Assembly: GCA_001687465.1 (NCBI GenBank)
Contig: LVLI01000593.1
Coordinates: 1 to 64,000, forward strand
Direction of reading: 5' to 3'
DNA: 64,000 nucleotides
Source: Halocafeteria seosinensis
Taxonomy: Eukaryota
Part shown: positions 46,857-58,200 of the stretch, one piece after another
Layout: the number at the start of each line of letters is the position of its first letter
How positions within the stretch are numbered: the first letter of the stretch is position 1
Translations under genes and position numbers: made by a program
Notes under the pieces: model-generated
The model's input: only the letters and a program-made list of their open reading frames with translations
Told to the model about the DNA's origin: nothing
The model's database searches: none

Positions 46857-49499
46857 CTAAGGATCAAGTCGTGGTGATGCATTTCCCCGTTGCAGTATTA
46901 CTGCGCGTTTTGGATGGGCCGCTGGTATTTCCGGCCGAGAACAGGGAGCCGTTGGAGCTCTCGCCGTTGACTGGGGGTTATGCCGGAGTTCCGGATACGC
47001 TTGTGGTCTACGCGGGATGAACCATACGAAGTGAGACCATCTACGCACTCCATTATAGTGATACAATGCTCCACTGATGTCAGTCAAATCTCCTGAATTC
47101 CCTCTACTCTCTACCGCAGGATAATCTTCCTTCTCAAGGAAGCAGTTTTGGCCTGTACCATCGTACACGGAATACTTTATCAGAATAGCTGAGCGTCCTC
47201 CACCAGCTGGGTGTCCTCCCGATATGCTTCCAATCATACACGAGTTTTTGAGGTGCGACAGCATGTATACATTCTCGATATACACTGTCCCTGCTCGTTT
47301 GCTGGTGTCTGAACCACACAGTCCACCTGAGTGTACCGCGTCTACTGATATTTCACCAGTTGAATAAGAATTTACAATTGTTAATGCGCCGTGCGTTGAC
47401 GCCGTTTCACTTCCAGTAATACCTCCAGAGTATGAAGCCTCAACGTCGCCTATAGTGAAGCACTCTTCTACAGTGACCCGGCCGTAGTTTGCAGCGGCAC
47501 GCTTCCCAAGAATACCGCCACTCATGCTCCCACAAATGTTCCCGAAAGTAAAGGAACTCCTAACGTGCACTTCGGAGCTAGTATTGGAATCTAGAGAGAT
47601 TCCTGCTTCAGCTCCCAAAATACCCCCTGAACCACGTCCTTCCACCAGTGCAGTAGAATACGTGGAGGTAAAGTATGCACTGCCCCCACTTCTGGCTGTA
47701 CCAGCCCCAGAAATGCCTCCACTCCACGATCCTTGAATCTTCCCTGTGGCATGAGAATCGGAAACAGAGATGGCACCATCCCTCCCGCTTCTGGCCCCGA
47801 TGATTCCACCCCCACTCGTCCCAATCTCTCCTGAAGAGCTACAATTTTTCACGCAGAAAAACCGCTGTTCAGCTTGAATGATGAACCCCCCTTCCTCGGA
47901 CGTCCTTCCCAAGACTGTTTTTACATTCTTTATTAACGGAGCTTCTTCAAAATTAGGGACACTGTCGTCGATTCTAAAGAGACCATCAAAATTTCGCAAG
48001 CCTGTTAGATCGATCAAATGGTTTTCCCCGTCGAAATCCACATTATTTTGTAGATTAATATATTCTCCCACCTCTTTCCGCCACTCCTTCCACTCGATGT
48101 CACGTACTTGTCTATAAAGCCTTTTGCCCGAGTAGTATTCAACACAAGCACGGAGTGCTTGTAGCTCCGGAAAGCTATTAGACTCACGTAAAAGCCACAC
48201 AGACTCTGACCAACACTCGGTAGAGTTGTAACAATACAGCTTACCCCTGATGTCACTGTAACTTGCTGAGTTGCCTTCCTCTTGAAAAATCCCACTACAA
48301 TCTTTACTACTGTTGACTCCATCATTCTTATACACAGATCGCTTTACCTCTAGTCTACGCGCTGGAGGGCGATGGTTCCCATAGTACAAACCACCGGTCA
48401 GACTTGCGTTACCGAGGAGATACACATTGCTGATCAAAACGGTTCCAGTATGATAGCCAACACGTGCCCCGCATATTCCTCCTGTTTCCTTGGTATCTTG
48501 AAGAGCATCCCCGGACGTATAGGAATTGGAAATAAGCACTTTGCCGCCTCTCATCGCAGACCTTTCTCCGACAATCCCACCTGCCCTATGACCAGATATA
48601 TTTCCAGAGGAATAGCACTCAGATATGTACATATATGCCCCATAATAACCTGTTCCCCCGCCTCCGATACCTCCACTCCCTTTACCCGCAATTTTCCCCT
48701 TGGAATAGCACCCTTCTATATACACGGACCCTCGGACAGCCCCAGCCAGTCTTCCAGCGATGCCTCCGGCTTGCTTTGCTGCAATCGTACCTGTAGAATA
48801 GCAGTTGGATATGTTCAGGAATCTGCCCCGATTTCCTGCGCGTTGACCTATAATACCTCCAGAAAAAGCTACTCGGATTCCTCCGGAGGTATAGCAGTTT
48901 GTAATTTTTCCAGCATAGCCGACCTTGTATCCCGCAATACCTCCACCAGATTTACCTATTTCTCCGGTAGAGCTACAGTAGTCGACCACAAAGAACTGTT
49001 GGTGAGAATGTAGAATGAAACCGGCTCCCCAGGCCGTGTGTCCGCCTTGAGTATGTACGTTCCTAATCAGGGGTGCTACCCCGAACGACTTTACTAACTC
49101 ACTCTTCGTAGTGAAGAGTCCGTGGAAGTTGCTGATCCCCTCCAAGAACATAACGTGACTGTTACCGTCAAACGTTTCATTCGCATCTAATGAGATAAAA
49201 GTGTTATGGGTATACCCTTGCTTAACCCAATCAATATCACACGTTTGCTTAAATGTGTTGTGTTCCGAGTGATAGTGGATGCAACTTTCATTTCCAGCCT
49301 GAATGCTCTGTTTAAGATCGATAGCCGTATCACCGACCGCACAGCTCACAATCCAGAAACAAATCAAAATTTTCGAAAAAGACAATGTCAACAGGGAAGA
49401 TCCGCATGGTCTAATGGCGTTTGTTCGGTGAAGGATGGAGCGACATGAAGATGCGAACAGTGCATCACAAGAATAACGCTCTAGGATGAAATTCGTCAT
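46857..49499 (-). CDS. Gly-rich GLUG-motif/beta-helix-type putative surface or secreted protein with internal duplication
   Basis: Repeated I.NCY(S/T)(S/T)G.I....GGI.G units; two homologous halves each starting C..Y......Q..DI.W...FDG..H...L.G..NF.GLF and ending W...VW......(F/Y)PEL; hydrophobic segment near the N-terminus; intronless. Confidence 0.8.
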   Translation of the reverse strand: MTNFILERYSCDALFASSCRSILHRTNAIRPCGSSLLTLSFSKILICFWIVSCAVGDTAIDLKQSIQAGNESCIHYHSEHNTFKQTCDIDWVKQGYTHNTFISLDANETFDGNSHVMFLEGISNFHGLFTTKSELVKSFGVAPLIRNVHTQGGHTAWGAGFILHSHQQFFVVDYCSSTGEIGKSGGGIAGYKVGYAGKITNCYTSGGIRVAFSGGIIGQRAGNRGRFLNISNCYSTGTIAAKQAGGIAGRLAGAVRGSVYIEGCYSKGKIAGKGSGGIGGGGTGYYGAYMYISECYSSGNISGHRAGGIVGERSAMRGGKVLISNSYTSGDALQDTKETGGICGARVGYHTGTVLISNVYLLGNASLTGGLYYGNHRPPARRLEVKRSVYKNDGVNSSKDCSGIFQEEGNSASYSDIRGKLYCYNSTECWSESVWLLRESNSFPELQALRACVEYYSGKRLYRQVRDIEWKEWRKEVGEYINLQNNVDFDGENHLIDLTGLRNFDGLFRIDDSVPNFEEAPLIKNVKTVLGRTSEEGGFIIQAEQRFFCVKNCSSSGEIGTSGGGIIGARSGRDGAISVSDSHATGKIQGSWSGGISGAGTARSGGSAYFTSTYSTALVEGRGSGGILGAEAGISLDSNTSSEVHVRSSFTFGNICGSMSGGILGKRAAANYGRVTVEECFTIGDVEASYSGGITGSETASTHGALTIVNSYSTGEISVDAVHSGGLCGSDTSKRAGTVYIENVYMLSHLKNSCMIGSISGGHPAGGGRSAILIKYSVYDGTGQNCFLEKEDYPAVESRGNSGDLTDISGALYHYNGVRRWSHFVWFIPRRPQAYPELRHNPQSTARAPTAPCSRPEIPAAHPKRAVILQRGNASPRLDP

Positions 49500-50297
49500 G
49501 ACCGTACATGTAGCTCGGATACAACTTATGGCACAACAAACTGGCAGCGTTTATAGAATGTGAAAGATTTTTCCAACTGTTCGAAGGCAAATCTTTTCCT
49601 TGACCGTAATTTAGCATCACGTGGCCTGGTTCTTCGTAACTTATCGTAAGGCTTAAGTTCATTTCTTGGAACTTCACACCAATGCTGAACTGACTGAGGA
49701 TTTCTGAGTCAGGAACCCACGTTGGAGCGGTATTTGTTTATTTTCGCTGCCTCTCTGAGGCAGTTTGCTCCATGTGGGTGTAGTCCTAGCGAAGGAGTTA
49801 CACGGAAATGTTACACTTTTGCTCATGTGTTAATGACTGTATAGGTTACACTGACACGAACCGCTTTATGTTGGTTCTTCGTTGGCCACTAGGTCTATAC
49901 GAGGTAACAAATTCATGAGAATGCCGTACAAGATTTGCTGAAGCACTCAAAACAGTCACCCAATCAGTTGGATGGTTTCAGATTCTTGCATCAGACTGCA
50001 TTCCGAGTTTGTTCTGATGGTCTGGGAGTTCTGCGGCCAGATTCCATGCAGACTGCAGTCCATGGAATTCCAGACTAGGCTTCCTGCTTTCCTCCGTCAT
50101 TTGAACGTACCTGGGCCCTTTCTCTGACCACGTAACAGGGACCGATACTTTAAGATAGTATACTTGCGATGATTCCGCAAGCGGTCTTGACGACTACTAC
50201 ACAGGAACTACAGTAGACGTCTACTAAGTCTCTACTTCCACAGCGGATTGTTATTTCCACTGTCCTCACTTTTTATTAGGTACAGTATTTCTCGGCA

Positions 50298-53200
50298 ATG
50301 CTCTCCGAGTTGATTTCGTTCCCGTTGTGGGTCATTGGGTCCCTTATTGCGGTCTCCCTGCAATATGCGGTTGTGCTGTATAACGCCTTCCGAATCGGTA
50401 TCGATGTCGTACTGTTCGGACTCACGCGGTGGCTTCGATTGGTCCTACGGAACATCACGTGGCCTTTGCCGGGTAAAATAAGCCGCCAATATCGCCTCTT
50501 CCAGGCGCATCGCAACCTGAATCGTGTAAACAACTACAGTGAATGGATGGAAGCAGCGCATGAGATTGACCGGGAGGAGGGTCTTGAGGCCTGGCGCAAC
50601 GATTGCAGCGATGAGGAGAAGACGTGTGACCATGCACTCTTATCGTCCACTTCGGAACGCCTGAAAACACTGCGGGAGAATCACGATTCGCATGGGTTAA
50701 TGTATTTTTTGAGCAGCATTCTTAACCGCCAGTTCGGGGGGATTGAGAATTCAGCCTTGTACAACAAGTCCTACGTTGGCACCAAGAGGACAGTCGAGGA
50801 GTATATAGACCAAGTGTGCCAGAGTATAGAGTACTTGGCGCACAGCAATGCGCTATCGAAATCGAAAAAGCGCACTTTCTTTGAACATGCGCGCTTGGGC
50901 TACGGACGATGCGCTCTGTAAGTTCGTGAACCTGACCTATGTTGAGCCTTTTACTGACTCTCACTCGCATGCGCCACGTGCAGCGCTCTTTCCGGCGGAG
51001 GCGCCTTGGCAATGTACCATATGGGCGTGATAAAAGCTCTCCTGGAGCAGAAACTCATGCCGCGCGTGATCTCGGGAACCAGCGGAGGCAGTATTGGTAA
51101 GTGGGAGCTCCATCTACCCCGAAGTATGGGGACTGGTAATTATGAATTTGGTTTGATCTGTATTTGTGCTTGACAGTGGCTGCCATGCTGGCGATGAAGA
51201 CGGACGAAGAAATGCTCAACGACGTGATAAAGTCAGACATCTCACAAAGGTAAGCACACGTCTGATGAATAATCATTTTCGGTGGAGAGTGTACACTCAA
51301 GGATTGTTGTACACACAGATTAGGAGTCCGTTGGTTCGATTCTATCGATACGCAGTTACTGCGGTTTATTAAGAGTATCGTCAAGCAAGACCGAGCCAGG
51401 ATGATGGAAACGGAAGCCTTTGCACATACTTGCAAAGCTTACTATGGATCTGTAACATTTGGAGAAGCTTTCAAAAGGACAGGTACGCTTTTCAGTACTA
51501 GGACATACTAGATGGCACGATTTACACATACGACCTTCTCTATACTGCTCTTCCTGCGGCAGGTAGAATTGTTAGCATTCCCGTCACAGCGAGATATGGA
51601 ACGGCGCAAAATGCTCATGCAATTATTCTCAACTACTTGACAGCTCCCAATGTATTGCTTTGGAGTGCAGTCGCCGCATCATGTGCCTTGCCAGGTATGG
51701 GTTGCTAGTTATGACGCAAGCAAATTTACGTATCGATATTAACCGTTGATAAGCGTCTGCAGGGTTAATGAAACCAGCGAGCCTAATGGCAAAAAACCCT
51801 TCAACTAAGGAAGAAGAGCCTGTGCACCCAAGTGGCGTACAATTCTTGGATGGCACTACTCAAAGCGACATTCCTTGTGAACAATTGACAATTCTCTTTC
51901 ACACGAATAGGTATGCCTGAGAATGATTCCAAAGTATGGTCCAACTGGAAAGTTATTGACCGCTCAGACTGTTTACTGCAGATTTATAGTTAGTCAAGTA
52001 AATCCTCATGTGACTCCTTTCGTTCGAGACTCGGGACCTCGTTCGGCAAGCTCAAGCGACTCTATGGTCGTCCGGATGCTGACTCAATATCAATATTGGC
52101 TGAATCTAGGTACGGGGTAACCCGTTGTGGAGTAAGTCCCGCGAATCGCTTGATGGTTCTGTTTGCTGGAATGCAGATATCCAGCAGAGAACAATGAAAT
52201 TGGCAAAGTTGCGTCTGCTGCCGCAATTCTTTGGTCAAGAGATGCGGAAGGTGTTTCTCCAGCGATATAACGGGCATGTCACAATAGTACCGCGGATGAG
52301 TATACTGGATCGATTCAAAGCCCTATCCCATCCTGATGAGGATGTAAGCATTCCACCTGTAGTCTTGTAGTCGTTAAGTGCTGCATTCCTTCACGTGTCT
52401 CTATGGGTTCGCAGGATATGGAGCGCTATATTTCAGGAGGTCAAAGAGCTGCCTGGCTTCACATGTCGCGGATTCGCACTCTTGTTGCTATAGAAAATTG
52501 CTTGACCGAATGTGCGCATAAATTTCCTCCAGCGGAAGCAGATTTAGGGTCTCCCTCGAAACCTATGTCGTTTGGAGGTGCGCATTCTGAAGATGGAAGC
52601 ACCACGACCCGATCTTTCCACGGAGTGCCCCCCAAATACCCCAATGCGGATACTTTCGAGCAACGAGGTCGTGAAGAACGTAAGAATTTTAAGTGCTCCT
52701 ATGAGAGAATTGTTAGATTTGCACCTGGATTCATTTTTCGCATCGCAGCTCCCACCCATGCCGAAGAAACTGAAACCATTCCTACAGTTTGGGGAGACAT
52801 TCCCGTATCTCCTACCACTCGAGCTAATGCGTCGGCAACGTTACCAAATGTGAGAGCGTCTGCTGCTCACCGACAGTTATCTGCGCCAGCACTGGACCGG
52901 ACCGATGGGACTAACTTGTACCGGCCCAGCCCCAATAGTAGTATACGTATTGCGTTTAGACGTAGCGGCTCAGCTGCGTCCCTAGCTTATCAGGAACCCA
53001 AGAATGAGGAAAACTACCGCTTGGACGCACTCAATGAAGAAAACAATGAGGAGAGGGACTATGCTTTAGCAGTGGATCCACTGATGGGAGGGGGTGGCAT
53101 GGCTGCGGATGACGTCGATATTGACTACTCATACTTTAGATATCCCGCGAGACAGTCAACATACAATTTCCCCTCTCACAATAGTGTGACTGCCTTGTCG

Positions 53201-53509
53201 GAAGGAGCCGGATCTATTAGAAGGTTATCCTCTCACGGCACAATGACCCCACCGTTTCAGGAGGATATGCCTATAGAGGATACTTCCCCTGCACCGACGT
53301 TCGACAGCGAGGACCAGTCGTCATCTAGGGAAGCCAGAGTTGGACGGAGCATTCCGCCACTAAACTCTCGTGATGTCCGAGGACATTCAGAAGAATTCTA
53401 TCCCGAAGGAGATTCTAAACATGCATTTGACCAAGCATTGCCCCCCTCTCCGACATTCAGTTCGGAAAGCAGTACCGCGGAGGGTAACTCTCACAACTCG
53501 AACAAATGA
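50298..53509 (+). CDS. Patatin-like triacylglycerol lipase (SDP1/TGL3-4 type, DUF3336 plus patatin), multi-exon
   Basis: YSEWMEAAHEID..EG..AWR, LYNKSYVGTK, SGGGALAMYHMGV, ISGTSGGSI, LNYLTAPNVLLWSAVAASCALPG, FLDGTLQSD, FIVSQVNPH; disordered tail. Confidence 0.93.
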
Positions 53510-53768
53510 ATACAGTAGTGTTGTATTGCAAGGGTGGATTGGGCTATCCGTTTACTCATGGAACAGGCGCATGTTGCTCGTCAGCTGTAGGTGAACCCAC
53601 CACAGGGAATGCTCCCGCATAGCCCGATTTTGATACTTTCCTGTGCTAATCTAGCACAGCTACTTTGTCCCTGCTTTCGCCGGTTGTAGCACATACGGAA
53701 TCGCTCATTGATCTCACACTACGAGGACGTTCATATGCTGCTATATCTTACAGCAACCACTTTAGCGA

Positions 53769-54904
53769 CTACTGACCTTGAGGTGGATACTGTTGCTGTT
53801 GATAGTTTTGTGGAGCTCCATATCCCATGCCCGGTTGAGGTGGCATTCCAGGTGGGCGAGGTGGCATACCAGGAGGCATTCCCGGTGGAGCACCACCTTG
53901 TGGTTGTTGTTGTCCCATGTTATGTTGAGGTGCTGATGCTGCTGCCACACCTGTCGGCTGCATAGCATTCGCTGAAGGCCCACCGACACCAGATACAGGA
54001 CCAGCTAGACCACGGGGCGCCCCACTGGGTGCTGCCGATAGACCTCGTCCCGCTGAGCGAGCGACACCCGGTCCACCAGCTTGCTGTCCAGTAGGTTTGG
54101 ATTCTGAAGGTGGAGGTGCCTGGATCTGTATGGAAACCACGTTTTCACCTCTAAGTAACACTAGCCCCAAGAACCGCTTCTCTTGACGCTCCTCGGCTGC
54201 ACAAAATAAATAAGCAAAAACCATGGGTAAACGTCCAATCTTTCTTTCTCTCTTCGAGAATTACTCATCGTGCTAATCGCACCCAACATACTTGTACCCG
54301 ACGATGTTTTTGTTTTCAGAGTTCTCCACTCTTCACAATCTGCTAGAACTAAGTTCATGTGTGTATCAAAGGCTAACAGCTGTCCTACCAAGACTCGCCT
54401 GCGGAGTTCAGGAGACAATTTGTTACAAAACGGCACCCCGAAACTATCATATAAGAACCTATATAACATACGTATCCTGAACTGTCACCCGTAGGGTGTA
54501 GTTCACGAATTGGAGCATTTTGGAGGGCTTATTCTGCAATCCACAGGCATTCCACACGGATGAACAGATGCGAAATCAAAAGACAAGAGGCTCAAAATTT
54601 CCTTCATGAAGGTGCATGCACGTACCATCGCCTGCAAAAGAGAGAAAAACAGCATTAGATATACCGGGTACATAGAGTCAAGAGGACTTAGAAAAGGCCT
54701 CCAAAGACGCATACAGCGCCGTTTCTTAAGCAAACAAACATATTTCCCAGATACTATAGAGCATAACCCTGGGTGTACACTTTGCCCATTGTGCATAGAA
54801 TAGCCTCAATGGACACAATACTGCTACTTTAGCAGGGGAACACCCTCCCCTATAGATCTCCCTGGAAAATAATTACAAAAGAGGTCACGATCTTCACGTA
54901 CCAT
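53769..54904 (-). CDS. SmB: Small nuclear ribonucleoprotein SmB/B'
   Basis: Spliced [49 protein letters not shown]...|[21 protein letters not shown] followed by a GRG/Pro-rich PPGM tail. Confidence 0.95.
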
Positions 54905-55232
54905 TTTGATTGCTTCTGTGGTCGCGTCGACTATCCACCGATCCAACTATCTCTGTTGCAGCCTTTCCACTCGAAAGAGGACTATAGTGGACATGCAACA
55001 ACACCGCCAGGGGACGAGATAGACACCAAGATCGGCACGATAAACAAAGTGAACGAAATGATTGTAGGCATCAGAAAAGATTGTTTGGTTCGTGGCTGAC
55101 ACACAGCCATTAAAAAGGCCGTATACGAGCCTTTCTCCCTCGGATTTGAACCATGAGATGTCTCTCTGGTGGTAGCTGTACCGTCCACCGGGGTAGAGAC
55201 ACCCTATAAAGCGTATTGAGAGAGAAAAGACC

Positions 55233-58200
55233 ATGGAGGAGGTATTCGCGTCACTTCAACAAAAGGCCCAGCAAGGTGCTGTAGGCGCTAAAGGCGCCTT
55301 ATCTGTGTTACAGGCAGCTTCAGAGACCATTGTCCAACAGTCAGAAGCTAGCGGCGACCATGCGGAAGCTCAATCTCGGCCGTCGGCCTATTTTGCGGTC
55401 GTATTGGCGTCATTACGAGCTGCTTCCTCCCAGCAAAACATTGAAAATATTCAGAATGTAAGGTGAATAAGCGTCATTTCGCCTCTTTCTCTCGTGTGAT
55501 AAGTTGATTACGGGTTGGTTTTCTTTGGCCAGGTATTCCAAGCATTGGACTCGCTGTTACCGTCAGTTCCCGGGGAACTAATACGACGCAAGTGGCCCGA
55601 TGAGTTACGGGAATTGTTTCGATCGGCTTTGGACACTACAGAGATCAGACGCCATGAGAAAGCTTTAAAGCACCTTATTTCGTCCATGGGAAATAGCATG
55701 CGTTGCTTGGAACCGTACCCGACGGGAGAATGGGAAAATGTCAAAAATGCAACAGCAATCATGGAACTTTTGGAAGGATGTTTCCACAGTTCCCATAAAG
55801 TGCGGAAGAGTTCCAATGCAGCTGTGACGAAACTAGTAAAGCGGCATAGGACGAATAAGGAAAGTCCTCTTTTTGATAAAATCACTGAGTTTATTTCCGA
55901 TAAAATGGACAATGGAGGAACGCAAAAGGCGATGATGGCACTTGTACTGGGGCAAACAGTTCTCCCGTTTTTCCCGGAGAGCAAACTCAGAATTGCATTG
56001 GAACGCATATTGAATTCATGCTTGAACGAAGGTAATGCATCGCTAACGATTGCTTGCTTGAGAACATTGCAGCTAGTTTTGGAGTCCCCACATTCTTGCT
56101 TGTCGGTAAAATTGCTGCGGAATCTCGTCGAAGCGTTGTTGAAGATCTCCAGGAACCCTGATGATCACTTAGCATGTACTGGCCATGCAAGTGCCCTTGC
56201 GTCTGCGTTCGTGCGACTTGTCAGCGCGGAAAGTGGTACTCAGAGTGGAGAAGACAGTGATTCCGATGTGTTCTCGACTGCTTCTGGAGCTGCGATCCTA
56301 CAGAGATTCGGCAAGTCTTCTCACGATGAGACTGACGGAAAAGGGGACAACCGGATACCTCGACATCTCTTAGGGCATTCATGGTCTGAGCAGACTGTTC
56401 AAGTCTCTGGCGCCTTGCTTCCTCGCGTTCTTGAAAACCTAGTGGGTAACCTGTCGTCACAACGGGTTAGTGTGCACTCAGCTACAGTGAATGCCTTGAC
56501 ATCCGTGCTGCTTACTGGAATCAACGTCCCCATAATTCGTCAGTATTTGCGTATTGCGGATAAACAAATGGATGCACGGAACACATGCCTCGGAAGGTGT
56601 GTGGAAAACTTAAAGAAAATATTCTCTCACCATCTTCAGTCTTCCTGGCCGGTGTCACTTCCGCTTTTTGGAGTTTTGGCTTATCATCTTGGAGCCGTTG
56701 CGTATCCTTCGATGACCGACATTATTGACCGGATAGTGTTGCTTCGGTCGTCTCTGGTTGATGCGGCGGATGAAGCTGAAGAAGCCAATGCTACGAAACG
56801 TAAGAATTCACACGGCCGAAAGAAGAGAGGCCGGGAAGACAATGACGACGATAGTGATGAGGACGATGAAGGTGATGGACGTAATGCGTTGAAAGGAGAT
56901 GAAGCAAAGAGGGGAACTGTAAAGATGATCCAAAATATATGTCTCCGTATTCTCTCGAGGTTTCTCCGGGGTGTGGGTGTCGAGAAGTTCTTGAGGGTTG
57001 TCCCACTGATATCTGATGATGAGATGAAAAATATCCGTGGAGCAGAAGTTTATGCAACCGACCGAGAGCTGATTAAAGGAAAGACAGCCACTCTGAATTC
57101 GTCTCGCGCTGGAGTCGGAAGTACCTCTCTGCGTACATCGTCCGTCGTGGGTTCTGCACCAGGAGTAAGCGATGATAGACTGTTTCTTCTGCGTTTATTG
57201 AAGAGTGAAATTAAGTACACGGCGAATGTCAAGCTCCAATACTTTGTGACGAACATTGTTGAGGCGGCCAGACAGTGCGAAAATGCGGCTGTAAAGGCTG
57301 AACAAGCGAATTTGTTTGGAAACGCTAAGGCGTTTCGTTCCAGAGCTGTGCAACTATGGGAATTGTTTCCTTCGTTTTGTATCTCTGCAGCTGATATAGA
57401 GACTGCCTTCAATGATAAATTGGGCGCACTACTTACTTCTGCCATGGCGGACACCCGACACCCTCAACTGGCCAGAGTAATAGCGGCCGGCCTGGAGATC
57501 CTGGTCCGGTACACCCGGACCAACGCTGGCAAGGGCATGTACCACCATCCTTCATCGAATACTTTTCGCAGCGGGGATTTAGACGATGCAACCTCAGTTG
57601 GAGGGGGTGATACAACTGTCAGCGGGATTTCTGCGGCCAAATCTGGTGCCCAAACGCTCTTACGTGGTGGTGGAGTTTCCGTTTTCGGCGGAAACGACAT
57701 TAGACACCCGGGTGAAGAAAGTGATGAGGAGGATGACATGGCAGCCGTATTCTCAGGGAGAAAGAGCCAACAAAATGTCTTTGAGGACGACGCCGTCACG
57801 GCGGCTTCCCATGGTACAAGCAATAAGGACCAATCCATGAGTCTGAATGTAGCTTCGGATCGTCACCCAGTTGTTACGGCTGTTATGGGTGTCGGAGGTA
57901 AAATCCCGGTAACGTCAAGAAATCAAGCAGAGCGGAACTTGGAGGCAATATCAAAATTCAGTGGCACTTATTTGCCTATTTTATTTAACCAATACCAGAA
58001 AACTATTGAGAGCGATGAATTTACGAGTGACCAAGCCGTAGCAGAGTCTATTAGGCTGAAGAAGCAGTCATCGCAGCGTCTGCTGCAATGCATCTCTGCC
58101 TTCCTCTCTATATCTTCAAACCAGCTGGTAGGGGATATGTTCGGTCGAATGCAAAAGATCTTAAATGAGACTCTCAATGGTGTCTCATCAGCCGCGCAAA

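Noticed and set aside
50041..50068. Near-perfect palindrome ATTCCATG-CA-GACTGCAGTC-CATGGAAT
   Set aside because: Isolated, no second copy or associated element; function unsupported.
54590..54612. Sm-site-like AATTTTGA after a CCTTCATGAAGG palindrome in SmB intron 2
   Set aside because: Short motif expected by chance in T-rich introns.
54746..54815. H/ACA snoRNA in SmB intron 1
   Set aside because: Two hairpins are present but I found no ANANNA hinge or correctly placed ACA box; kept only as unexplained structure.
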